This document shows, in pieces, positions 48,342 through 60,828 of a stretch of DNA of 64,000 bases. The DNA comes from Lophium mytilinum (Eukaryota), in contig MU004184.1 in the NCBI GenBank assembly GCA_010093605.1, positions 2,242,801-2,306,800 of the forward strand, given 5' to 3'. The translations under genes and the position numbers were made by a program. Positions within the stretch are counted from its first letter, which is position 1, and each line of letters starts with the position of its first letter. A model generated the notes under the pieces. It worked only from the letters and a program-made list of their open reading frames with translations. It did not search any database and had not been told where the DNA came from.

Positions 48342-49969
48342 AATGAGCGACTTTGGGAATGAAGCTGTGGGATGATGCTTGGAGGGTACTGGCAGCTATC
48401 GTATATATACTCCATCGATGGCAAGCTACTGCACCGCATGATATCCCCTACAGGAGTTGACGAGATGAAGGTGGCAGAATTTCCCATGGAGGTCTCTCAA
48501 GATCTCGAGTTGATATTGGACAATATCCGCCGGTTCGAGCTCCCGTGATGGTCTTGTGGAACCAGAGCGCTATCTTTCCTGGTTTCGAAACGAATTGATT
48601 AAGTGCACCCGGAGGATATGTCATGAGGACCTGCATTTGGTGCGGCGTTGGCGCGGAGAGGGGGCTCTTTCGGAGCGACGGGTTGGGAGTCCGTCTGAGC
48701 CTCCGAGCGTCCAAACCTTCTAGAAAACGAAAAGAAAAGGTACATATTGAATGTGGATGCAAGGACGCCTTGGCCGTTTCTAGAAACAAGGATCAAGTCA
48801 GGGTATTGTGGATTAGAGGCGCTAGCAACGATCTCACGAAACAACTGGAGAGGCAATATGGCACATGAGCCGGCTACGAGTGGTGGATATTGTTGGGCCC
48901 TGCGGAGATGGCTAGGATGGAGGTTTCGCCTAGCTGGGGCGGCGGACTTAACAAGTCGTGATATTAAAAGTGACGGTGATGTATGAAAGAGACAGATGAG
49001 ACAGCCAACCAGAGATGAGGTGGGGAGATCAAGGCCCCTCGGCTTTTCAATCTCTTACAAAGTTACCCGGATAACGATCGAACATCAAGGGTGGTTATGC
49101 ATATGACTCTGCGCCGTAGAATTCGATGTCTTGCGAAACCGTTTGTCGATTCTGAGCTTCCCGTCACGTGTGGGTAGAACACACGGTGGCCTTGCCAGTT
49201 CATCCTAATGCAGGCACGCGACTTCCCCGTGGGGTACTCTACGGCCACGGAAGATCTTCGCAGCTCTGCAGCTCACGAGGTCAGCAAACTAACCCTTTTG
49301 TCCCTCATCCCGCAGCAAAGCAGGGATGCTGCATAGATGACGGGGAGGCATATCTCAGCGGCGCCACTTCATCGACTCTGCCTGGCGATATTGACAGAAG
49401 ACGATCATACTACGAGACCGGCATAAAGGGACGCAGCCCAATCTCAGCGGAGACTGTTCTGTCGGGCGAGATAGGAAGGACGATGCAATCTCGTGATATT
49501 GAAGTGGCCGAGTCGCTGAGATAGCGGATGGAGACCAGAGAGCGAGGTGGGTCGCAATGCCGGGCTATAAGATGATAATGACATGATTAAAAGCGCACAT
49601 TCCAGGGGCTTTTGAGGCTCGTGGCTGTTTCCTGGTAGTGGGTGCTCAGTGTCCTGGTTGCGGGTTCATCAATCTGTGACGACGAGATAGCCGCAGCATT
49701 TAGCCGGTTACATAAGCATATCCACGTCACACAAAGGAAGATATACCCATTATTTCTGTGTTTGTGTGCACTTTTATAGCACCGTCGGAGGTCCTCTAGT
49801 ACCCCACTGTCGTTCATGAAATAGCAGCTTTGGCAAGCCTGATAGCTCTCCAGGCCACCTCAGACGGTGTTGAACTGCTGAAATATACTAGGTCATACAC
49901 AAATCGACTTTGGTACATCATATCAGACTTCAAAAGGCTCTCAGACCTCGGAATGCAGTCAAAATCCAA

Positions 49970-50923
49970 TCAAGCCTTCTTCTTAAGCACGCCCCAAATC
50001 CTAGGCAAGCAAGTATACGGATCATCGCCCACCTCAATGTCACCAGGGTTCTCCCACTCCCCAGCAGCAAGGATATCTGACTTGATATCCCGATGCAAAT
50101 GGCACCCGACGAATACGCTCCAAGCAGGATTCAAACAAGCTATTCTCACGTTAGCCCCTCCACACAGCTGTTTAAGCACACCACTGATGTAAGGTCCAAG
50201 ACGTACCTTGCGCCACAGCCGTAGCAGTATCCTGACTCCTCTCATGCTCCCAAAACACAAAGCTGCCTCCTGGCTTCAACAACTTCCACACCTCCCTCAT
50301 CACACTCTTCACATCCCCCACCGAACACAAGACCTGGATACTCAGCACAGTATCCATACTCCCTTCTGTAATCCCCTCACTTCTTAAAATCTCACTGTCT
50401 TCAACCCCACACGCGAGAAACTTATACTTATCCTGGAGATTAAGTTTCTTGACCTTTGCGGCAATAACGTATGCATAGTGGGGGTTGGGGTCAACAGCAT
50501 ATATAAAATCTACGAGGGACGGATCATAGCGTTGGATCTGGTTGCCTGGTCCGGGGCCGAGTTCGAGGATCCTGCCTTGAGCGGGGCCGACAAGCGAGGG
50601 GACAACGGTGGTGTTTTCATAGGCGATGAAGCCGTCGGCTGTGCTCGAGGATTAGAATAATATATAAGGGGTTGAGTTGAGGATAGAGAAGTTACCAGCT
50701 ACAATGAGGAGTTTTGCTTTTGCGGCGTCTCGGATTCGTGTGGGATGTGTAAGTGAAGCGAGACCGTCTTTGCGGAGGGCTTCTTTGAAAGCGGCGTAGT
50801 GAACTGTTTTGGGAGTTAGTATATTGGTGCAGGTGAGGATAAGATGGGAGAACTACATTGAACGGATAACCAGATGAGCTGGAGTGGTCTGATGATGTTT
50901 CTGAGGCGGTCTTGTAAAGCCAT
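49970..50923 (-). CDS. Class I SAM-dependent methyltransferase (METTL7-like; 4 exons)
   Basis: Manual splice gives AQGRILELGPGPGNQ...YAVDPN...SMDTVLSIQVLCSV...LLKPGGSFVFWEH...GCHLHRDI. Confidence 0.88.
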
Positions 50924-51246
50924 GGTGTTTCCCTCAATATGACTGAGAATGATGAGAATGATGATATGGGGTGGCCAGCTCGCTTATATAGTCAGCTCGC
51001 TTGTGGTGGAGGAGGTACGTTATCATTCTACCCAATTGCGAAATGCACGACCCCGCCTAAATCTGAGGGGGAAGGTGCCGTGGTTACCTTGAACAGCTTT
51101 GCATACCAATGGTCGGTTTCTACATATACACACTGGAAAGTATGGCACCGCGTCGTTCTGTATGTCCATGATCTTACAAGTTGCGATCAACATCCGCTAC
51201 TATGCTACAAATATCCAACCCAACTCTTACACCATCCCTCACGTCC

Positions 51247-52702
51247 TCATGCCCTCATTTTCACGCTTCCCTTCTCGAGCTCTCCAATGTTCCCATTGCC
51301 AGCCAATGTCCACCAATGGCTTACTAGCGGCTCGTCGACTTGTTTCCTCAGCATGCCACTGGCGGCATAGTACTCCATGATCGTTCTAGAGTCCTGCTTG
51401 TCAAGGCCGTGCAACTTCAGGGTATCCACATCCGTCAGAACCTCCATAACGCGCTGATCGACCAATTCGTACGGGTTCCACATAGGAAGATCGGTAGCGC
51501 CCTGTGCCCGAGCTTCGGCCAGCTGGACAGAGAACTTCAAGGCGGGTGAGGCTGGTTGGTTCGAGCCGGAAGTAGCAGCAAGGACCATGCCACCATTTGG
51601 AAGGACGCTCTTTCCGGAGAGGTGGTCTATAAAGTGACGAACAACAACCAAGTCGTGGGCGTGAATGGGCTTGGCCTCCGCAGAGAGGTAAGCGGAGGGG
51701 GTCATGATGTGTGCTAAGCCATCCACGGCGAGTATTATAGGCGGACGCCCAGGTTGAGTGAGCTCTGTCCATAGAGCGTTGAAGATGGGCCACGACAGCT
51801 CTGGGTTCTTGCTTCCAAGCACCGCCAGGTCCGCTAAAGTGGTTTTACGAGTCGTAGGAATTGGGAGTCTTAAGTCGGTACTAGGGACTATTGTTGAAAG
51901 TACAGCAGAGTTGGCTTTGGCGATCTGAGCAAGGAGGTTTGCGGTGTAAGCGTTTTGGGTGTATTGTAGAGGGTTCGATCCAGGTAGAGGGGCATATTCT
52001 GTGTGTGCGCTGACAATGTCCTTGGCTATCATCAAGTTAGAGCTGCTCAGGTACTTCAGAGTCTTGCAAGGACATACCATCTGGAAAATTGATAACAACC
52101 CACTTCCTCATGAAGGCCATTGCCAATCCCTGAAGAAGCAGTGTACTTTTCCCGCTCGCCCTGTCTCCGACAAGTATCCTCCGCACTGTCTTCTTTTGTG
52201 CCTCAACATCCCCCATTAACGCCGACAGCTGCGCCGTCTCCTTCCGCATCAGCATAGCTGGCCGACGAAACAGATACCAGCCCTGAGTAGCCTTGAAAGC
52301 CTCCACAGCTCTTAACTGATCGATAACGGGTTCCGAGAGCCCAACAACCTGCCCTTGCATATCCCCAGTTTCAATGTTGCTGACAGTGAGGTCATTGAGA
52401 CCTTCCACGACAAGGGCATTTGTATTGCTGAGAACAACACGCTTCCGGAGAGCTTTGCGCTCGCCGGGAGCTGGCCGCTTTCCCATATCCCGCTGAACCT
52501 TCTTATTCTTTCCGAGATTCAGTGTCCTTTCTCCTCGCGCCGGCCCAGCAGGTTTCCCTTGTCCAGGCTTGGCCGAGAGGGATGCGGAGTGCGAGAAGGA
52601 GGTCGTCTGGGTATATGCGAGGAGGCTCCGCGATGCCATTGCGTGCGCTGTAAGATCCGAGGGTGCTAGCGAGAGCCGGCGGAGACATATTGACGGAGGC
52701 AT
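51247..52702 (-). CDS. RSM23: Mitochondrial small ribosomal subunit protein mS29 (DAP3/Rsm23); intron ~52028-52077
   Basis: Presequence-like N-terminus, PAPGERKALRKRVVLSNTNAL, P-loop GDRASGKSTLL, PPIILAVDGL, EYYAASG and GNGNIGEL. Confidence 0.92.
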
Positions 52703-52913
52703 GTTTGACGGAAGAGTTGAGAGCAAGGAGCTCTCGCAATAGATGGACGGGGACGAGAGGGCGGATGGAGTCGTCAATCGTGAATTGATCGTCGGCCTTT
52801 CCTCCTCCAATTCGCCGATCCACTCAATTTTCTTCGGATGCCAAGACAAAAAGTTCCCTCCAACTTTGATATTTCACCCGCAAGCTCTGCTATATCAACA
52901 TTTCCACCCCAAA

Positions 52914-53631
52914 ATGCCAAAGTCAAACTCCCCAAGCAAGCTGGCCGAGAGCATCGACGACGGCGCCATGGACGTGTCCACACCCGTAGAGACTGCGGCT
53001 ACAAAGTCTAAGAACAAGAAGTACGTCCACCTGCATATCCAGCTCTTCATACCAATGCGCGAGTCTAAAAAAGTACAGAAAGGTCGTAACAGTGGACAAG
53101 CCAACCCCCTACTCCTTCGATCTCGGAAACCTCCTCGCCATCGATCCCAACCCCGTCCCCGCCGACGCCGACGAAACCGCAATCACGGCCATTGCTCGCG
53201 ACGCCGCCCAAGTCCTCATCAACCAGCTCCTCACCACCTGCGACATCAAATCCACTTCTGACGGAGTGACGCTCAACTTGCCCGCGCCCTCGACTCCCAT
53301 ACCCCGTGAGAAACCCGTACCCGAGGCGAAACCGCCCACTACGTGGGAGAAGTTCGCTGCGAAGAAGGGGATCAAGGACAAGAAACGCGGCGAGGGCAAA
53401 ATGGTGTACGACGAGGCCACGGGCGAGTGGGTGCCGAAGTGGGGGTACAAAGGGAAGAACAAGGATGGGGATGACCAATGGCTGGTTGAGGTGGATGAGA
53501 AGAAGGAGATGGAGACGGGCATAGCGCATAATGCGCGGGCAGATGGTCGAAGAGAGCGAAAAGAAAAGGTCCGCAGGAACGAGAGGAAACAGAGGGCGAA
53601 TGAACGGAAGGCTGGGAAGGGGGGTCGTTGA
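52914..53631 (+). CDS. RRS1: Ribosome biogenesis regulatory protein Rrs1 (1 intron)
   Basis: KPTPYSFDLGNLLAIDPNP, ARDAAQVLINQLL, PREKPVP...TTWEKFAAKKGI and WVPKWGYKG. Confidence 0.95.
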
Positions 53632-55446
53632 GCTGAGATGAGGGAAAGGGCTGGTGTAAAATTTGCTTCATTGGGGCGTTCGGACCCAGGCGTTTTGCGG
53701 TGGGGATCTGATGGGTACTTGGTCTTGTATGATGAGATCAGATCTTGTTGTTCACGGGTATGAGGACGATTCCCGTCTTTGGCACTTCCGGATGGGTGCT
53801 CAAAAGTTGTCTGATCTGGGGACGAAGGTTGAGTCGAAGATTGCTCATAAGATATCAAGAGAGAGCCATAAACTTCGTCATCTAAAGGCGAAAACACAAT
53901 ATACCCTCTATTCACGAGTCTACAGCATCTTGACACGTCCGGTGAACTAGCGTCGATTTGAAGCCACAGGTGGAATAGCTGGGATTAGGACGGAGGAAGC
54001 CCTTTATGGACAGATTCTTACCCAAGGCTGACCAGAATCTGCTAAAAGCACGGTACCGAGAGGCGTTACTTTCTGGATTATCCTACTTTTGTGCCTACCT
54101 TTCGTGGCTTGGTTTCTGCGCTAGTTCGTCGGACGTGTCAAGATGCTGTACAATCAAGTCCGTAAAAGATCATTATTTGCGAGAAGCTACGATCTTAAAA
54201 GAACGAAAAAATATTCTGCTACTTTCTCAATCCAACATCAGCACACGACGTTCCGCACCCCACACTCATACTTCAAGACATGCCTTTCATAGCCAATCCA
54301 TAGAGTAGTAAAACTACATCTGCGGATCTACTTCTGGAACATCTTCCTCACTTCCAATCCATCGCCGACTAAGCATTCGTAGCGTGCTCAGATGAGTCAA
54401 CGAAGATGCTGCGTGTCTGTTGCTTTTGTCTTATTCGACGGAAGCTGAGATGACGGGAATGAGGGCACGGACGAGCATCGTTAAGGGAGGAAGAGTGCAC
54501 AGCTGATAGGAGATGTGTGGTTGAAAGATGAAGCAGATGGAGCGGCTGTCCATAGGAGATGCTTATGCCGTTGTCCTGATATAATGATACTAGAGCAGAT
54601 AATCTGAAGACGAAGTTCCGACAAGATGGCATTGCGAGGAGGAAATTACGGGAAAAGCTGCCGTAAGATGAGCGAGGTACCCCGAGTCGAACAGATTGAA
54701 CGCTACTTCAGATAGCACTGAGAGCTATAAAGTTACAATTTGATACATTTACATTCGTTTGCTTCTTAATCGTGAGACTGTATTGGCGTTGGATCGAAAA
54801 CCGAGGTCTAGCATTGGGAGAGTGAATTCGAGAGATAGGAATCGACGTTGTATAACAACAGGAACAATATTAGAGTCTAGTTTGTATAAAATCCAGGCAG
54901 AACTGCTGAAAAAATAGAAGCAAAAAAAAGCACCTGCACATCTCGGCACTGCAGATCCAAGACTTCTACAAGATCTCACAAGAACTCCATGAACCTCCCC
55001 CTTGCAGCCATCGCTAAATATTGACTTGGAGCTAGGAAGGTGAGCCTAGGTCAGAAACTATCAGTTCTAATCAACTTTAAAGCGTAAGACAGCTCATAGA
55101 AGACAATGTTGAAGCAGCCCTCAGGTATCTGGCATCAGCGAAGCTATCCTCAAAAGCTCAAAGCATCAAATTGAGTACTCAGCAACCTCGTAGTCAAGAA
55201 ACAATGACAAACATTGACACGGACCCCAGGTTCGTAGATGCTCGAATAGGTAGTAAGATGGATGGTCGTTGGGTCCGAGGAGATACGGAACAAAGGGCTG
55301 AGAACTCGGGGTAAGGCCTCCACTCCACCTCGGATGACCATCATCAAAACATTAACATCGACCTTCATCCACAAATCAATGGAACGGCTCTCTATACATT
55401 ATCAGCTTTCATTGCGCAATCCAAGACGTCGATAGCAGTAACAAAA

Positions 55447-56790
55447 ATGGCTCCGAACCTTTTGAAGCAAGCGTATCCTTGGATCAAGACGCCGCTGATC
55501 ATTGGTGCGCCGATGCGGTTGATATCGCTGGCCCCATTGGCTGTTGAGGCTTCGAGAGCTGGTGAGTGACAATTCTGTATACCGGTTTTTCTATCGTGTG
55601 AAGAAACATAAGATGCTTCATACGTATCAGACTTCCTTTTATTGAGTTTTTACATCGTATAAATGTTTTCGCCCCTCAACTCTCTACGCATCACAGGCAG
55701 TCTTCAGATCAATGGAATATCTTGGCTTTATTCATATATCTCTACCCTAAGCACATCAACCTTCCAATCACGTTCTCGCTCTCACTCTTCTCATCACTCA
55801 TTTCTCACCCCCTCCCTTCTCTCCCATCTCTAACACCCCACAGGCGGCATCGGCTTCATAGGCTCAGGCACCGACACCTCAAACCTCGAACACATCCTCC
55901 AGCACGCCCAATCCCTCCTCTCTGCCCACCCCATCCCCAACTCCCCCACCACCACCCTCCCAATCGGCATCGGCTTCATAAACTGGGGCGCCTCCCTCCC
56001 CATCGCCCTGCCCCTAATCGCCCGCTTCAAACCCGCCGCCGTCTGGTTCTTCGCCCCCTCCTCTCTCACCTCCCTCGTCGAATGGACCACCGCCACCCGC
56101 GCCGCTTCCCCAGCTACCAAGATCTGGATCCAAATCGGCAGCGTCGCGGCGGCGCTCGAGGTCACGACGGCGTGTCGCCCAGACGTACTCGTCGTGCAGG
56201 GCACGGATGCCGGCGGGCATGGGCTGGTCAAAGGCGCGGGAATAGTAAGTCTACTACCGGAAGTTGCGGACGCGCTCGCCAACCTCGGAGCCGAGGCGCC
56301 GTTGCTGGTTGCGGCGGGTGGGATAGCGGAAGCCCGCGGAGCCGCAGCGGCTCTCGCGCTTGGGGCTGATGGGGTGGTGATTGGGACGCGCATGCTGGCT
56401 TCCCCCGAAGCGAATATCGCGGCTGGGTATAAGAGGGAGGTGGTGCGGGCGAGGGATGGGGGACAGACCACGGTGAGGACGAAGGTTTATGATATGGTGA
56501 GGGGGACGACGGGGTGGGGGAAGGATTATGATGGAAGGGCGGTTGTGAATCGGAGTTTTGTGGATGCGGGGAATGGGATGTGGGAGGAGGAGAATAAGAG
56601 GTTGTATGAGGCGGAGATCGAGAAGGGGGATGATGGGTGGGGGGTGGAGGGGCGGATGACGACGTATGCGGGGGCAGCAGTTGGGCTGGTGACAGAAATC
56701 AAGGGGGCGGCGGATATTGTGGAGGAGGTTAGGGAAGGCACGGTGAGGGTGTTAGAAGGCTTGAAAGGAGAGGCGAAGAGTAAGCTGTAG
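55447..56790 (+). CDS. Nitronate monooxygenase (2-nitropropane dioxygenase family); intron 55562-55843; C-terminal SKL
   Basis: PLIIGAPMR...SRA|GGIGFIG, VVQGTDAGGHG, AAGGIAEARG...LGADGVVIGTRMLAS.E and TYAGAAVGLV. Confidence 0.92.
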
Positions 56791-56853
56791 ATGGATGGAT
56801 GAAAGAGTAGGTAGTATAAAAAGATCCATATCGTTACATTGGACTCGCCTCGA

Positions 56854-59018
56854 CTATATTTTGACCTCTTTTATACTTTCCATCCCTTCTTGCCTATTCT
56901 GCTTTTCGCTATCAGTCGCACTCGGCTGTATTGCTTCGAAATTTTCTTCGCTCTTCTCCTCATCATTAGCTGCACACTCACTAGTCACCACCTTCTCTTC
57001 ACCACCCTCTATCTCCCTCGTCGTTGCTGACTCTCCCTCCATCGCCGGCATCGTATTGAACGTCCCATCTCTCTTTCTTACCCACACAAGCATCAAACCC
57101 GTCAGCAAATTCGCCCCAGCAAACGCAATCAGCACCTGGAACTGCTTATTATAGCTCTGTCCATATATCTTCCCTACCCTGATCCTCTTATCAGGGGACA
57201 GGATATTCAAGCTCGCAATCGAATCATCCAGCGCCTTGGTTTCGGCAGGCGAGAGGAAGGCGGGGAGGTCGGTGTGAAGGGTGTCGTGAAGGAGGGCGGA
57301 GCAGATTGCTACACCGATGGTACCGCCGAGGGTGCGGAACATGTTTAAAGAGCCTGTGCCTATGGCTGTTCACAGAGTAAATTATCAGCTAGATGAAAAC
57401 TGCAGGGGTTTGGGAAGTAGAGCCTAAGGGGTAACGTACCAATATCCTCCTTATCAACCGTCGTTGCTAGTAGGAAGTAATACGGCGGACTCGACAGCCC
57501 TACTCCAAACCCCAGTATGATCTCATACCCGAACGTCGCGTCCGCGAAAGCATGTGTGGTTGGCAGGCTGCTGACGAGGCCAATACCTACCACGATGAAC
57601 ACGTTTGCGATGATGATGAGGTACTCGGCTGCGATAAATTTGTGCATTAAAGCCCCTCCTGTCAAAGCCCCGACAGGAGCGAAGAGAGTCAGGGCGAGGA
57701 TTAGAATTCCAGCGCGAGAGGCAGATGTGCCATTGACGGCTTGGAAGCGTTGTGGGAGTTCGATTATAGCGACGTAGGATCCGAAGCCAAGGAAGAACAT
57801 GCCACTGGAAGACGTAAAGCAATCAGTCAGTCGTGTACCACAATAGCTCAGAAGGTGACAAGCAATCTTACAGAAGGAGTAGAGCCATCGACGGCTTCTT
57901 GAAGAACATGATGTTGAGAACCGGATCTTTTGTAGTCCGGAAAGTGACCCACGTCTCATAAGAGATGAAGACGATGAACCCAACAATTCCACCCGTAAGT
58001 GTGCCAACGATGACGCTGCTATTCCATTCCCAGCGGGATCCTCCTTCCTGGAGGGCGAATAGGAGGGGGATGGGCCATACTATAGATAGGATACCGCCGA
58101 GAATGTCAAAATTCTTGATGCGCTCTTTATGGGATTTCACTTCAGTCATGCCAGGCAAGGCGAGCCAGAGAGTGATGAAGGCTACACCGAGTATAGGTCC
58201 ACTGCATGGTCTAGCGTCAGTAAGGTTACGGCAATAGGATGAAAGGTAAAAGGCACTTACTTCATAAAGAATATCCACCGCCACGTCGTATCGTCGGCGA
58301 TGACACCACCTGGAAATCAATGAGCTTATAAAACTTGGAGAAAGCGGCGTATAGATGACCAGAGCTCTAAATAGCTTACCAAGAACTGGCCCAAGCAAAT
58401 TGGCTATGGCAAACACGCTACTGATAATCCCAGAGTAGAAGCCCAGCTTCTCGGGAGACATGAGCTTCATGATGGCCACGAAAGTAAGGGAGTACAGCCC
58501 CGAACCTCCTATTCCTTGGAATGCGCGAAAGACGATCCTTGAGGCTTGGTCAGTATTGACCCGGATATTTAGTGGATGTAAGAGTGAGACATACAGCTGG
58601 TTCATTGTTTGAGCTCCTCCACTAGCCATCGAGAACACGAGAAAGATAAATGCACAAGTAAGAATCACCGTTTTGATACCCCACACATCACTGAGTTTGG
58701 AAGTGATCAAAAGAAAGGAGTTGTAAGTTAGAAGGTATGTAACGATGAGCCAGGCTGAATCCTTCAAGGAGCCGAAATCGCTGGAAATTTTGATTAAAGC
58801 AGTCGTGACAATAGTGGTGTCCAACGCGGAGACAAAAAGACACAGCCATAGTCTGCGGCAGATGTTAGATGTATTAAAACGTCGGAAATCCAAGGAGCCT
58901 TAATCTACCCAACAACAATGATGTTCAGTCTTATAGGGCTGAGTGCAGCTGCGGCCTCGGCCGGCTTTGGAGTAGTTCCGGCCTCCAGCGTCTTCTCCCG
59001 GTCGTTTTCTTTAGGCAT
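56854..59018 (-). CDS. MFS drug:H+ antiporter (DHA2/14-TM type), multi-exon
   Basis: LFVSALDTTIVTTAL, WLIVTYLLTY, KLSDVWG, FRAFQGIGGSG, LPQRFQAVNG and FRTLGGTIGVAI. Confidence 0.92.
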
Positions 59019-60828
59019 TACGATTATGAGGGTAATGCAAGCGCCGAAGTTAAGAACATATCAATAAAGAACGATCCAAGACTAGGGGAGCTGTTGACGG
59101 TGTTACAAGAAGGCTTTAATGAAGATGGCATGTTGCGTTCTACGGCCGTATTGTATGCAGGACGGCTGCGCTAAAGAGCTCCATTTGACTCACCTGCGCA
59201 CTAGGCCCTAGAAAGGTGCATTTCGCGCGCCCCTATAAAGGTCGGATATAACGGCCTCGGGTAAGCGCTCGGACATGTGGCGTTGTCCAGGGCAGTGGGG
59301 AGATGTTGGGAGTTGGGGCCAGCTTGGCCGGGAGGAGGCTTGCATCTATCGCAATCCTTCCCCGTTTAGTCCCAGTAGCCGAGTGTCAGTAGGGCTTTGG
59401 ATATGTAGGATTCGGGGAGTCAAGCATCTTAGGAGCATATCGGAATTGTGATTACATGATCCTGGAGGCCTTTCATAGGTTTCCGGGTCCAAGAATAAAA
59501 GATTCATCTGCAGCTGCCTTGCATATATCCCTGAAAGAATAGGCACTCTCGGGAAGAGTCGTCAGAATTAGGCTGTCAATGAAGTTCGGGCACGGAGCAA
59601 TGATTTCCGATTATGCGGTTGTAGATGTGGTGGAGGTAAGTAGAGTAATTTACTAAAAGCAGAGTTTCTTGAGGGCGTGATCCCGAGGGCTTGATAAAGT
59701 CTTTGGGCCAATAGCGAACCGATTTCTTTCATTTGGGCAGATATGAAAAAGTAGTGTCAAGAAGTTATGAGAGTAGAATGTACTCTCTCCAGTGCTGACA
59801 TGCTATACACACTCTAGAAGCCATTGCCCTATCTTGCGATAGTAGAAACCTCGTCTTCGTCGTCCACCACATCTCGTCCGTCAGGCTGGCAGCTTGCATA
59901 GAACCGAATGGCTTCTTTGGGAGCATATCCGGACCCTGAGATTGGTAATCAGTACGCCTAGTTCGCTTCCTAGGAATCACTGACCCACGAAGACGAACAA
60001 TTCAAGTCTTTGCTTTGTCTTTGGAGTTGTGGTAGGTGAATGAAGCGAAGTGTGCTATGATAGGAAGGTCGAGTCGGGCCGAAGTTCGGCCTGCTTGTAG
60101 CCACCAGGACTTCACGGCATTCCTCCGAGTACGAGTCTTATCGACAGCACTAACACCGTCATCACCTCCGCCATGTACAATACCACCATCTCAGTTATCA
60201 TAGCCATCACCAACGCTATCAGAATCTCGATGAGAGTCTCGATCATGATGCAAAGGAAAGCTTCAGAGGATGGCTTCGATGGACTGCGTAATTCAGTTGA
60301 GGGAAAGAGAGTAAGATAATGAATGCAGCTCGACGGGGCCCGATGGGAAGATAGGGAGAGTTTTCATGATGGACGCGATACCTTTAGAGAAAGCAAGACA
60401 TGTAAGTTGACCGTAGGTAATCTCGCAGGTAGGCAACTCTCGGAGAAAGAAGATTCAAGTATGGCGAACGTTTTCAAGTAGTAAATTCGGCCGCTTGCTC
60501 GTCGTCGATTCGACGAGGCTGCGCGTGAATTGGTGCTGCTGGTGCTTTGAATGTGCAAATGGTCGAACGCAGCGTAGGAGTGAAAGTGATCTGTGACGTT
60601 GGTGATGTGATCGTGAAGCAAACGCGACTTCCCTTTCTCAACTTTCTCAACTTTCTCAAAACACCACCTCGGGAACTTCATCCAACCCAACCCCAACTGC
60701 TTTTCGCAACCACCACACCTCCACTTTCATACTCCTCAATTATTGCAGAAACTCTCCATCGTCGCATCGCTCTCTTCTATCTGCCCACCACCCGCTTTCC
60801 TCTGTGCGATACGCCTCCCTTACCTCGC

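Noticed and set aside
54300..55400. Short minus-strand ORFs between RRS1 and the NMO gene
   Set aside because: Fragmentary, with no recognisable domain or consistent splice structure.
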